From positions 1 through 64,000 of the IMG/VR virus record IMGVR_UViG_3300028800_000073: a DNA stretch of 64,000 nt. One strand, 5' to 3'. The translations under genes were made by a program, and so were the position numbers. Of the stretch, positions 42,208 through 50,433 are shown piece after piece. Positions within the stretch are counted from its first letter, which is position 1, and every line of letters starts with the position of its first letter. The notes below the pieces were generated by a model that saw nothing but the letters and a program-made list of their open reading frames with translations, searched no databases and had not been told where the DNA came from. This DNA comes from a virus.

Positions 42208-44604
42208 TTATCTTGATGGGGTTTCGGATATAGCGGGTGCTGCCGTAATGAAGTCTACGTGTGCTAGCCTACAGAGCGTATCAGCAACAACCTCAATTGT
42301 AAGACCAGAACGGAAGGTACCATGGTCATTAAGAGCGCTCCTGAGCCGATGAATGGTTTCATACCAGTCAACGGATTCCCAGTCTTCGAGTTCTGAGCTA
42401 TCCTCTTCAAAATCTTCATCCTTAACAAGTACTAGATCCATGATATACGCCTGAGGCACGAAATGCTGCAACAGAGTCATCAAATAAGCTTCCCGCATAC
42501 CGGGTTGGCATACCGCGTCTGATAGGCCCACTGAAGATGGGTCACAGGTCTTACAGGTCTCGGTATTCATGATCTCATCGAAGGCAACAATGGTATTGTT
42601 GAAAACAGCATCGGACAAATTTATTTCGCCTAGTGTGGCACCACAGCTTGGGCAATTGCACCCCGGCGTTGGAGCTACTACTGGGAACGCTACAGTGGAA
42701 TCCGCTTCAATAGCCGCACGTTGAGCCTCTATAACTGCACGCTGAGCCTCGCGGGCTACTCGTGCTGCCTCACGCTGAGCAGCTTCTAATGCTAGTCTAG
42801 CCTCTATCTCTTTGTTAACACAGTTCGCGCAGATACAAGTGCTGCCTTGATTACGACCGTGGTAGCGCCTGGAATCATATCTGGTATTACACGTTGCACA
42901 CGGCTTGATATAGCGCTTATCAATCGACTGTTTACTGATACCACAGACCTCAGTGCAATTCGGGCACATATGGATATCGGCATGCGGATCACGCTTCCTG
43001 GTCTCAGCGACAAGGGGCGTAGTACAGATATCACAGCGATCCATATCGGACCAATTATCAAGACTGATATATGGCGAACGGCCATACGTCATCAAGATGC
43101 GCTCGATATATTGGAATAGATCCGCGATTAGTCCATTACGCATCAGGTTGCCAGCGGTAGCTAGACCCTCACCGAAACATAGGTGCGTACCCTCAACGTG
43201 GGGGTGCGACCAGCTTGTCCCGCGTTCACGCCTGGGGAAATGCGGGGTAAGCGCCTTAATCCTACAGACTCTATCGACATTACGCTGTGTATCTCCACAG
43301 GCATAACCGAAGTCATACGCTGCGATGATAATAGCGAACTTATTGAACTTAATCGGGATCTTTCTATCGTCCATCAGTTCGACATCTTCGGTTACGAACT
43401 TGATACCAATGGGTGCTACTCCATTGTCTATCATGGAACCCTCTTCATGGAACTGAAGAGCCTTGGCACGCATCAAGGTGGCGCACTCAACGATGAACCG
43501 ATCAATGACGTCTTGCGACGGACGAGGCGGTTCCACGTTGTAGGGGTTCTCACCATTTTTAATGGCCAGCAATTCGTCTAGCACCTTCTTCTTCATGTCA
43601 TTAGAGAAAGCTTCACGAAGAATAGTGGGCAGCTTCTGGGCACTCTCGCCGCAGCAGAACAGGCCGTGCCAATGGGCTAACACATTAGTGACGCGTTGGA
43701 AATTCCCAGCGTTACCATTTGCTGCGCCCTTCTTGAGCCCCTCTTCGTAACCGAAATAGAAGTTCTGCACTACTTTAATGAGTTTGTCTAAATCCTCGAT
43801 GGCATCAGGAACTAGCCTGCGCACCGTCGAGTCTACAGCAGTTCCCTGCTCTGTGTTCAGTGTTCTCACTTGTCTTTCCTGTGGTGTTACTACTGCAATA
43901 GCGCTTCTGTCTGATCCCGTACTAGCGAAGTCGGTACTTACGCTGAAAATTCTGGGAGCGTCGCTACTCACCATAAACATATGCGGTGGTATGCCCATAG
44001 CCCGGGTGTAGTCACTTAATGTAGCCCGCAATGGACCTTCTTCTACTACCATGTGAGCCGGAATCGGCTGGATCGGAGGCGCCATTGGTTCTAACGCCTC
44101 CTGAATAGCACGGAGACTAGCAGCCGCAGATGCAGGGCTGGGGAAGGCGCCAGTTAAGTCGCCACCGACAGTACCAACTGTATTGTTCGCCCCAGCTGCT
44201 CGCTGGCTTTCAATGGCGTGCATAATCTCACGACCATCAGCGTTAATCTCGTCCATCACAGTATGATTAGCCGGTCTACCACGTATCGTAAAAACATCCC
44301 CGGGGCGGATCTGAGTCATTACGGGAGCGCGGCTATTATCCAGTAGAACGCGGTTGACTTCGTCTCTAAACTGTACTTCGCTTAACGGCACTGGTACTGG
44401 GCGGTTAAGTGCCCTATCTACAATATTTGTCGAAGCGTTATCACCGAACTGTTCTCTCCAGGCGCTCTGGCGTACCAAAAGCTCATCTAAGACATCTCGT
44501 GACATATTCGGGAATCGCTCCCGTAAATTAGGGGGATGCCTGAAATAGTCCAGAGCGTCCTGGAGCATGTCATCCGGTGAGGAAAAAGGGTTGAACTCAC
44601 TCAC
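42208..44604 (-). CDS. Prokaryotic E2-like conjugating protein with a C-terminal Cys-rich Zn-finger region (module B)
   Basis: SHPHVEGTHLCFG (HPH...C, E2-like) and SPY..L..W, followed by CDIC, CPNC, CATC, CANC, CPSC and CKTC. Confidence 0.75.
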   Translation of the reverse strand: MSEFNPFSSPDDMLQDALDYFRHPPNLRERFPNMSRDVLDELLVRQSAWREQFGDNASTNIVDRALNRPVPVPLSEVQFRDEVNRVLLDNSRAPVMTQIRPGDVFTIRGRPANHTVMDEINADGREIMHAIESQRAAGANNTVGTVGGDLTGAFPSPASAAASLRAIQEALEPMAPPIQPIPAHMVVEEGPLRATLSDYTRAMGIPPHMFMVSSDAPRIFSVSTDFASTGSDRSAIAVVTPQERQVRTLNTEQGTAVDSTVRRLVPDAIEDLDKLIKVVQNFYFGYEEGLKKGAANGNAGNFQRVTNVLAHWHGLFCCGESAQKLPTILREAFSNDMKKKVLDELLAIKNGENPYNVEPPRPSQDVIDRFIVECATLMRAKALQFHEEGSMIDNGVAPIGIKFVTEDVELMDDRKIPIKFNKFAIIIAAYDFGYACGDTQRNVDRVCRIKALTPHFPRRERGTSWSHPHVEGTHLCFGEGLATAGNLMRNGLIADLFQYIERILMTYGRSPYISLDNWSDMDRCDICTTPLVAETRKRDPHADIHMCPNCTEVCGISKQSIDKRYIKPCATCNTRYDSRRYHGRNQGSTCICANCVNKEIEARLALEAAQREAARVAREAQRAVIEAQRAAIEADSTVAFPVVAPTPGCNCPSCGATLGEINLSDAVFNNTIVAFDEIMNTETCKTCDPSSVGLSDAVCQPGMREAYLMTLLQHFVPQAYIMDLVLVKDEDFEEDSSELEDWESVDWYETIHRLRSALNDHGTFRSGLTIEVVADTLCRLAHVDFITAAPAISETPSR

Positions 44605-44894
44605 GTCTTCCTCGACAACTTCTCAAGCGCAGCATCTAGCCCTTTGACTCTGAACTCGCTGACATCTCCTTCATGGTTACAAAGACCACAAACGCATAGG
44701 CTATGCTCGTGAAAGTCGAATTCGGCCATGTCGACCATTATTCCTTTACTGTCAAAAATACCTACACATACGCCGCCTATCTCAAAACGAGATCTACCTC
44801 CGCATCCCGGGCAGATCAGGTCTTGGGATGTGCCCCGGTTTATGTCGTTTTTCGTTAATCTGAACTTCGTTATTACTTCATTGGGGTCATTCAT
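44601..44894 (-). CDS. Zn-ribbon protein
   Basis: CPGC...CVCGLC; coupled to the E2 gene. Confidence 0.6.
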   Translation of the reverse strand: MNDPNEVITKFRLTKNDINRGTSQDLICPGCGGRSRFEIGGVCVGIFDSKGIMVDMAEFDFHEHSLCVCGLCNHEGDVSEFRVKGLDAALEKLSRKT

Positions 44895-45688
44895 TACTTA
44901 CCTACGATAGTGAACTTCTTTGCTAATTTAAGACGCTTCTGCAATGTCTCACGATCCCAACCCTGGCCCTTGGGCTTCGGCTTAGGGCTAAGCTGGAAAA
45001 CCATAACCAATACACCTTCGCCACCTACGCCTATACTAAGAGTTTCGAGATGCTTACCTACGTGTCCATTCTTATAGCAGCTGGACAACGTAAACTGAAT
45101 GAAATCCTCCTCGCTCGGATTCGGAGTACCATAGTCCAGCACTGCGTTTTCTACTAACCCGGCTCTGTAGGAACTATACTTACAAGGCTTATTGAACGTT
45201 AGGAAGAGTAGCCCACCACGCTTCTTCATCATTGAAGTGAGACCTCTCTCTAATTGCCGAGCACAATCACCGTAGTCGTCGCAGGCTATAACATCGAATT
45301 TCCAGCTATCGCGATCAGCTATCTCGGCAAACTGGGCTGCCATAACTGTAAGCGCGTCGCCGTCTTCCTTGCGTCGGTTAACCATTTCAGAACAGAAGGG
45401 TCGGAAAGCCTTAGTCATCTCACCTTCCTGCCCATCATCCTTAAAAGCATGGGACTGATACAGAACTAGCCCGGATTTACCCTCCAGCCATTTTTGTATG
45501 AGTCCCTGTTTTTCGGTATGGTGCATCGAAGGATGCCCAGTAGCCTTTTTCCATTGACGCCTGTAAATGTTAACCTTAGACAATTCCAAATTCAACTTCT
45601 CGCCAATCTCTTTGTTCGGTGCGCCGCTATGCATCATTGCAAATATTGCGTCACGAAGTTTAGTACCATCAGCTAGGCGTATAGTCAT
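44894..45688 (-). CDS. HTH plus degenerate methyltransferase-like domain protein
   Basis: NKEIGEKLNLELSKV (HTH); FDVIACDDYG...GGLLFLT resembles Trm1-like FDxIDLDPYG. Confidence 0.45.
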   Translation of the reverse strand: MTIRLADGTKLRDAIFAMMHSGAPNKEIGEKLNLELSKVNIYRRQWKKATGHPSMHHTEKQGLIQKWLEGKSGLVLYQSHAFKDDGQEGEMTKAFRPFCSEMVNRRKEDGDALTVMAAQFAEIADRDSWKFDVIACDDYGDCARQLERGLTSMMKKRGGLLFLTFNKPCKYSSYRAGLVENAVLDYGTPNPSEEDFIQFTLSSCYKNGHVGKHLETLSIGVGGEGVLVMVFQLSPKPKPKGQGWDRETLQKRLKLAKKFTIVGK

Positions 45689-45701
45689 GTTTTTTCCTAT
45701 A

Positions 45702-45737
45702 GAAAAAGATGCCCCCGTGGGGTTACCACGGGGGACT
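45702..45737 (-). terminator. Rho-independent terminator after the poly-Ubl gene
   Basis: Minus strand CCCCCGTGG-taacc-CCACGGGGG then CATCTTTTTC. Confidence 0.75.
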
Positions 45738-45762
45738 TTGTGTTTACAGCGTACGAACTAAA

Positions 45763-46428
45763 TTAGGCGCCCTGGACCTTGAGCGGGGTGACGGAGATCT
45801 TGTCCCCGTTACGCAGCACAGTCGCAGCCGTGGAGATCTCGTTGTTCACACGAACGAGCTTGCCACGGATGTCATTCAGGCCCTGCTGAGCAAGGAACTG
45901 AGTCAGGGTGATGCCGTCAATGGTCTGAACGGAGCTGGCGAAGCCGGCACCATCGTTGTTGATGTACAGAACCTTAATGGTCTCCACGGCACCCTGGACC
46001 TTGAGCGGGGTAACCGAGACCTTATCGCCGTTCTGGAGAACGTAACCCGCATCAGCCAGGTTGTTATTCACGCGAACCATCTTGTTGGCGATGCTGACAC
46101 CACGACCCGAAATGAACGCCGCGAGCGTGGTGCCCGGGGTGAACGCAACGGAGTCAGCGAAGCCGCCGCCATCGTTGTTGATGAACAGGACCTTGCTAGC
46201 AGCAGCGGGAGCCGCGTAAGCAGGGGCCGCAGCGAACTCGATCTCAATGTAGTCACCGTGCTTAATCGTAGCGTGACCGCTTGAGGGGGTCTCGGAACGG
46301 TTAATGTAGACGGAGGAACCAGCGGGGAGGCCTAGCGCGTTGATGAGTGCATAGACCGTGATATCACCGGCGAAATCCTTGAATGCCGGGGTGCCGCCGT
46401 TGATTTCAACGTTTACTGAGATAGTCAT
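45763..46428 (-). CDS. Three-domain ubiquitin-like (ThiS/MoaD beta-grasp) precursor
   Basis: Three ~70 aa beta-grasp-like units. Units 2 and 3 share INNDG.GFA, VRVNN and L.NGDK.SVTPLKVQGA. Confidence 0.85.
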   Translation of the reverse strand: MTISVNVEINGGTPAFKDFAGDITVYALINALGLPAGSSVYINRSETPSSGHATIKHGDYIEIEFAAAPAYAAPAAASKVLFINNDGGGFADSVAFTPGTTLAAFISGRGVSIANKMVRVNNNLADAGYVLQNGDKVSVTPLKVQGAVETIKVLYINNDGAGFASSVQTIDGITLTQFLAQQGLNDIRGKLVRVNNEISTAATVLRNGDKISVTPLKVQGA

Positions 46429-46432
46429 TTTG

Positions 46433-48754
46433 TTATTCCTTCTTAGCTAATTTGATGGTTTGATCAAAGAAGCTGGTTAGTGATTCGGCGTGTGTAACTA
46501 TTAATATCTGTCTCCCGGTACTCCCGGAAAACTGCTTTAATTTCAAGAGTAACTGTTGTAGATGAACAACGTTGCTCTCGTCTAAATGGTTCGTCGGTTC
46601 GTCGAGTATGAGTAACCCAACGGAACGCGCAAATGTGTCAGACATCGCGAGGCGGAAGCTTGTACTTGCTACAATCTTCTGACCACCGCTTAACCGGTGA
46701 GCCGGTAGCTCAAAGCCACTACTGAACTTGGCTCTAAACGACAGGTCTGCATCCAAGTAAAATTGAAACGGGGCTTCCCAAATCGCCATATAGTGCGCCA
46801 TGCGCCTATTGATCTTATTGGCGTACTCCCGCATCATTAGAGCTGGTAATCCATTGACATGGACTACTTCTCTAGCTCGGGAACACAGTGAAGACCACTT
46901 AGCGGCATTACGCTCGTGGTCATACTGCTTCCTAAGCTGATCAACCGTACTACGGAGCTGGATAAGCTTGGCCTCAGTAACGCCGAGCTTAGTAACTAGT
47001 TCGCTTCGAGTTTGTGTCCGCGCAGACAATATCTCAATCTTTTCTTGAGCTTCTTGTAACTCTGCTGGGGACATCTCGAACTCACTGGTACCCAGTTTAA
47101 GCACCATATCCTTGAGCCGTGCTACCTCTGACGCACACGACGCTTGGGCTGCTTGCTTAATCTGTACCCCTGACTCCGCTTTAACTACCTGATCCTGTAG
47201 CTCCCTAAAGGCATCTACGGCCTTCTGGAGTGACTCAATTTTACCGCTATCAATGCTGGGCAACCTACTGAGTTGAGTACTGATATCGAGTAAACGATTA
47301 GTACCCTGTTTATAGGCTCCCCATTGTGTCTCCAAAGCGGCCTTACTAGCGAGCATTTGGTCGTATTGCGGTTTCGTGGCTTCAAGCATATTTGCCACAG
47401 CCACGCAAGCCGCTTTACGACGCTCTTCTAGTTGCTCCGATATAGTACCCAAATCCCTCTGGGCAGCAGCGACTCTCATCGATTGGTCGCTCTTAATCTT
47501 AGCTATCTCAGCATGCATAGTAGCGGCACGCTGCTTGAGATCGGCATCATTGAAGTCGACAATAGGCCGGTGGCACGTTGGACAGCTACCATCGGCAAAT
47601 GTCTGTAATTCGTACTGAATCCTGCGGATGTCAGCCTCGATGACCACTAGCTTGGGGTCGTCACGTTTCAGTTCTGACAACTGTTTCGTTAACCCTTCGA
47701 CACGATTCGCTAGATCCCTATCCTCTTCTGTTTGGGGTAAGGGTATCTCTTTGCGAATAATGGCTTTTAACTTTGAGCGGGTCTCGGTGAGCTTATTAAT
47801 GGTCTCATCGTATATAGTGATCTCAGCACCGGGCTTAACCAGTTTGGCGTCAATAGTTTGACGCTCGCTGCTCAATACATTACGTTGTGTCCAAGCTGAC
47901 TTAGCTTGATCCAATTCTTTAGCCTGTTCAGCAGCTCCGGTCCGTAGAGCGGAGAAACGCTGAGCAATGATATCGTATTCCTGCTTGGCTAAACTCAGAA
48001 CCTTGTCGGCCTCTATGTAGCGCTCCTGCGCCAGGGAAAGAGCCTCTTCGGTTTGCCGTTTAGCTGACGCACTCTGTTGAGCGATCCTGTAATGCCTCAG
48101 GCGCTCTTCGTACTTCGACAATCCAAGTAGTTCTTCTTCAATAACCCTGAGTTGCTCCCGGAACTCCTGTAGTTCCGTTGTAACCGTTTGTGCGGCCCCT
48201 GAAGTAACTCCGAGCTGCTCTTCTAGCCCTGGAGTGACAGTCAGAGAAGAAATCTCAGTGGACAGTAACCTGTAGACATCAGCGGCCTTGGATAAGCCGA
48301 AGGTGTCTTGGAACTCTTTGAGTCTCTCGGTATTCGTCTTAAATAGGATGTCGTCAATGGCGTGCTGAGCAATGAAGACGTTGTTGAGCAACGCATCCAT
48401 TCTGGTATTGAGTAGAAGAGTCATCTTCTCTTCTATCTCAGCCTGCCGACTAACGATGCCTCCAGGGAACTTTAATTGTTGCCGAGATGGCTCTAGTACG
48501 CGCTTGATCTCGTAACTGCTATCCCCGTGGGTGAACGCCAACGTAACTGATCCAGTACGTTCACCCACAGTGATATTTTCAGCACGAGGCCCCGACGCGA
48601 CTGACTCACCGGTAACAGCAAATCGGATCGCATCGAGTAGCGACGATTTACCGCAACCATTAGGCCCCAAGATACCGGTCAAGCCTTCACTGAACCGGAT
48701 ATCCAAGGACTTCAGTGGCCCCCAGTTTGTCGTTTGTAGCCGCGTCAGAATCAC
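46433..48754 (-). CDS. sbcC: SbcC/Rad50-like SMC ATPase
   Basis: GPNGCGKS, coiled coils, CPTC zinc hook, LSGGQ, LILDEP and VTH. Confidence 0.92.
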   Translation of the reverse strand: MILTRLQTTNWGPLKSLDIRFSEGLTGILGPNGCGKSSLLDAIRFAVTGESVASGPRAENITVGERTGSVTLAFTHGDSSYEIKRVLEPSRQQLKFPGGIVSRQAEIEEKMTLLLNTRMDALLNNVFIAQHAIDDILFKTNTERLKEFQDTFGLSKAADVYRLLSTEISSLTVTPGLEEQLGVTSGAAQTVTTELQEFREQLRVIEEELLGLSKYEERLRHYRIAQQSASAKRQTEEALSLAQERYIEADKVLSLAKQEYDIIAQRFSALRTGAAEQAKELDQAKSAWTQRNVLSSERQTIDAKLVKPGAEITIYDETINKLTETRSKLKAIIRKEIPLPQTEEDRDLANRVEGLTKQLSELKRDDPKLVVIEADIRRIQYELQTFADGSCPTCHRPIVDFNDADLKQRAATMHAEIAKIKSDQSMRVAAAQRDLGTISEQLEERRKAACVAVANMLEATKPQYDQMLASKAALETQWGAYKQGTNRLLDISTQLSRLPSIDSGKIESLQKAVDAFRELQDQVVKAESGVQIKQAAQASCASEVARLKDMVLKLGTSEFEMSPAELQEAQEKIEILSARTQTRSELVTKLGVTEAKLIQLRSTVDQLRKQYDHERNAAKWSSLCSRAREVVHVNGLPALMMREYANKINRRMAHYMAIWEAPFQFYLDADLSFRAKFSSGFELPAHRLSGGQKIVASTSFRLAMSDTFARSVGLLILDEPTNHLDESNVVHLQQLLLKLKQFSGSTGRQILIVTHAESLTSFFDQTIKLAKKE

Positions 48755-48756
48755 GC

Positions 48757-48963
48757 TTAGTTACTCTTGATCTTCTGGGTCAAGAGAACAGCGTTACCCT
48801 CCATGAGGACGGTGCCAAGGGCGCCGACGCTGCCATTGATGCGGATGTCGAAGCCTGAGGCGTCGATACCAGCTGCTGCTAGGGCATCAGCTACCGTCTT
48901 GCCTTCCGGGAGGTTGAGGGGGCGGATGGATGAGCCAGGGAACTTGCCGATGGTGATATTCAT
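48757..48963 (-). CDS. Single-domain ubiquitin-like (ThiS/MoaD-fold) protein (module A)
   Basis: 68 aa; TVADALAAAGI, IRING and L.EG..VLL; C-terminus KIKSN; directly downstream of E1. Confidence 0.8.
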   Translation of the reverse strand: MNITIGKFPGSSIRPLNLPEGKTVADALAAAGIDASGFDIRINGSVGALGTVLMEGNAVLLTQKIKSN

Positions 48964-48974
48964 GTGATTCTTTC

Positions 48975-49673
48975 TTATGACCGGGTTAGGATACAGGGAG
49001 GTGTGACGCCGAAAATTGTTTCTCTTGGCATCCGTTCGACCTTAGAGGCCTTGTCGGTGTACCAATTGAACCAGTTAATGAAACTCCATACCGCTAGACC
49101 GCTAACGATCTCAGCAGTGGGGCCAACGGTAATTTGCGAACCACAAGCACTGACAACAACGACTTCTTCGTCGCCGCAGAGAGTGCCCTCCCAGAATTTG
49201 ACGTCATCAGGACTCGTCGGACGCACCGTATAGGTACGACCTAAGTCGACACCCATACGGGTCTCGAACATGACGTCGATAAATGGCTTATACCGCACGG
49301 CCCCTTCCCAGATTTCCTTTCTGGAGGACATTGTGTCGGTAAGCAAGAATACTACGGACCCCAGCGTTGTGCGGCCATTAACGGCCTCACAATGTTTGGT
49401 CACGTCTAAATTCGTCTGTGTCTTAATAAGGTCAGCTAAGGCGTCTACCTTGAACTTACCGATGTCGTTGTTGCCGTAAATCTGATTTGCGATATTGTGG
49501 GACTCGACCTTGTCGAAATCCCAGACATGCAAATTGATAACACCGAGCTTAGCCAGACCCATGGCGATACGACTACCAGTGGCTCCGACTCCGATAACGT
49601 CAATACGGGTATTGTCGAACTTAACCGGCGAGAATACCTTTTGGTGCCGCATGGCATCGACTAAGTTACTCAC
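48975..49673 (-). CDS. ThiF/E1-like Ubl-activating enzyme (module A)
   Basis: GVGATG, DFDKVESHNIANQ, KFKV, LTDTMSSR and ETRMG; putative catalytic Cys in SACG; likely GTG start at 49673 overlapping the JAB stop. Confidence 0.9.
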   Translation of the reverse strand: MSNLVDAMRHQKVFSPVKFDNTRIDVIGVGATGSRIAMGLAKLGVINLHVWDFDKVESHNIANQIYGNNDIGKFKVDALADLIKTQTNLDVTKHCEAVNGRTTLGSVVFLLTDTMSSRKEIWEGAVRYKPFIDVMFETRMGVDLGRTYTVRPTSPDDVKFWEGTLCGDEEVVVVSACGSQITVGPTAEIVSGLAVWSFINWFNWYTDKASKVERMPRETIFGVTPPCILTRS

Positions 49674-50433
49674 CCCAGAACGTTTCTTCGCTGAATTGTC
49701 CAAAGCGACCCGACGCAGGACCAGCCTGCTGTCCGGATGCCGAGAACTCCGCATGCGTCTTCATAGGTGCCGCGTGGGGATCTACAAAGTTACTTCTCGG
49801 TGTCGGCGTTGGAGTCTGATATGGATACGAGATCAGAGACTTATTGGCCGAATAAAACGATTCAACCAACGAGTTGACCTCTTTACCCCAGTGGCTTTTT
49901 CGGTCGCCCCCGGCAGCGTAATCGATCTCCCAATCAATATCCTCGACTACGATGTCCATCTCGAACCAGAAGAAGTCCAACTTCATCTTGTGACGCTTGT
50001 TCACGATGCCACGGAGCACCCAGGGGTACTCGTAGTTATCGCGGAACGCCATCGTCTGGTCGTTGTCCTGACCACTGGGCAAAACGTCCATATTGACGTG
50101 GCTATGGAAATAGCCGCGCAAGTTATTGGCACGCCACAACGCTGGATCGATACCAGCGGCCATGTCCTCAGCGATAAGCTGAGTACCTAGTGTGGATAGC
50201 CCCTCGGAAGTCAGCTCAGTGGTTGTCGAGTGAACCTGCTGCTTGAACAAATAGACGTCATCAACATAAATGACGCGCTCGCCGTTCTCTTTGACTAAAC
50301 GAGCCGTGGTCAGCCAGCCGACTTCGGTACTAACAATATCAGTCAAAATCCACATATCCGTAGCCGCCCTGAGTGAGACTTTCACTCGGGGGCAGCCTAG
50401 GACGGTGGTCTGGAATGCATGTGGATTAAACAT
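49666..50433 (-). CDS. JAB/MPN+ metalloprotease (module A)
   Basis: EVGW...HSHVNMDVLPSGQD JAMM motif. Confidence 0.88.
   Translation of the reverse strand: MFNPHAFQTTVLGCPRVKVSLRAATDMWILTDIVSTEVGWLTTARLVKENGERVIYVDDVYLFKQQVHSTTTELTSEGLSTLGTQLIAEDMAAGIDPALWRANNLRGYFHSHVNMDVLPSGQDNDQTMAFRDNYEYPWVLRGIVNKRHKMKLDFFWFEMDIVVEDIDWEIDYAAGGDRKSHWGKEVNSLVESFYSANKSLISYPYQTPTPTPRSNFVDPHAAPMKTHAEFSASGQQAGPASGRFGQFSEETFWGE

Noticed and set aside
40071-49673. ThiF and ThiS/MoaD-like genes as thiamine or molybdopterin biosynthesis auxiliary genes
   Set aside because: No thiG, moaE or sulfurtransferase partners are present. Both E1s are coupled to JAB and E2-like genes, which fits protein conjugation.
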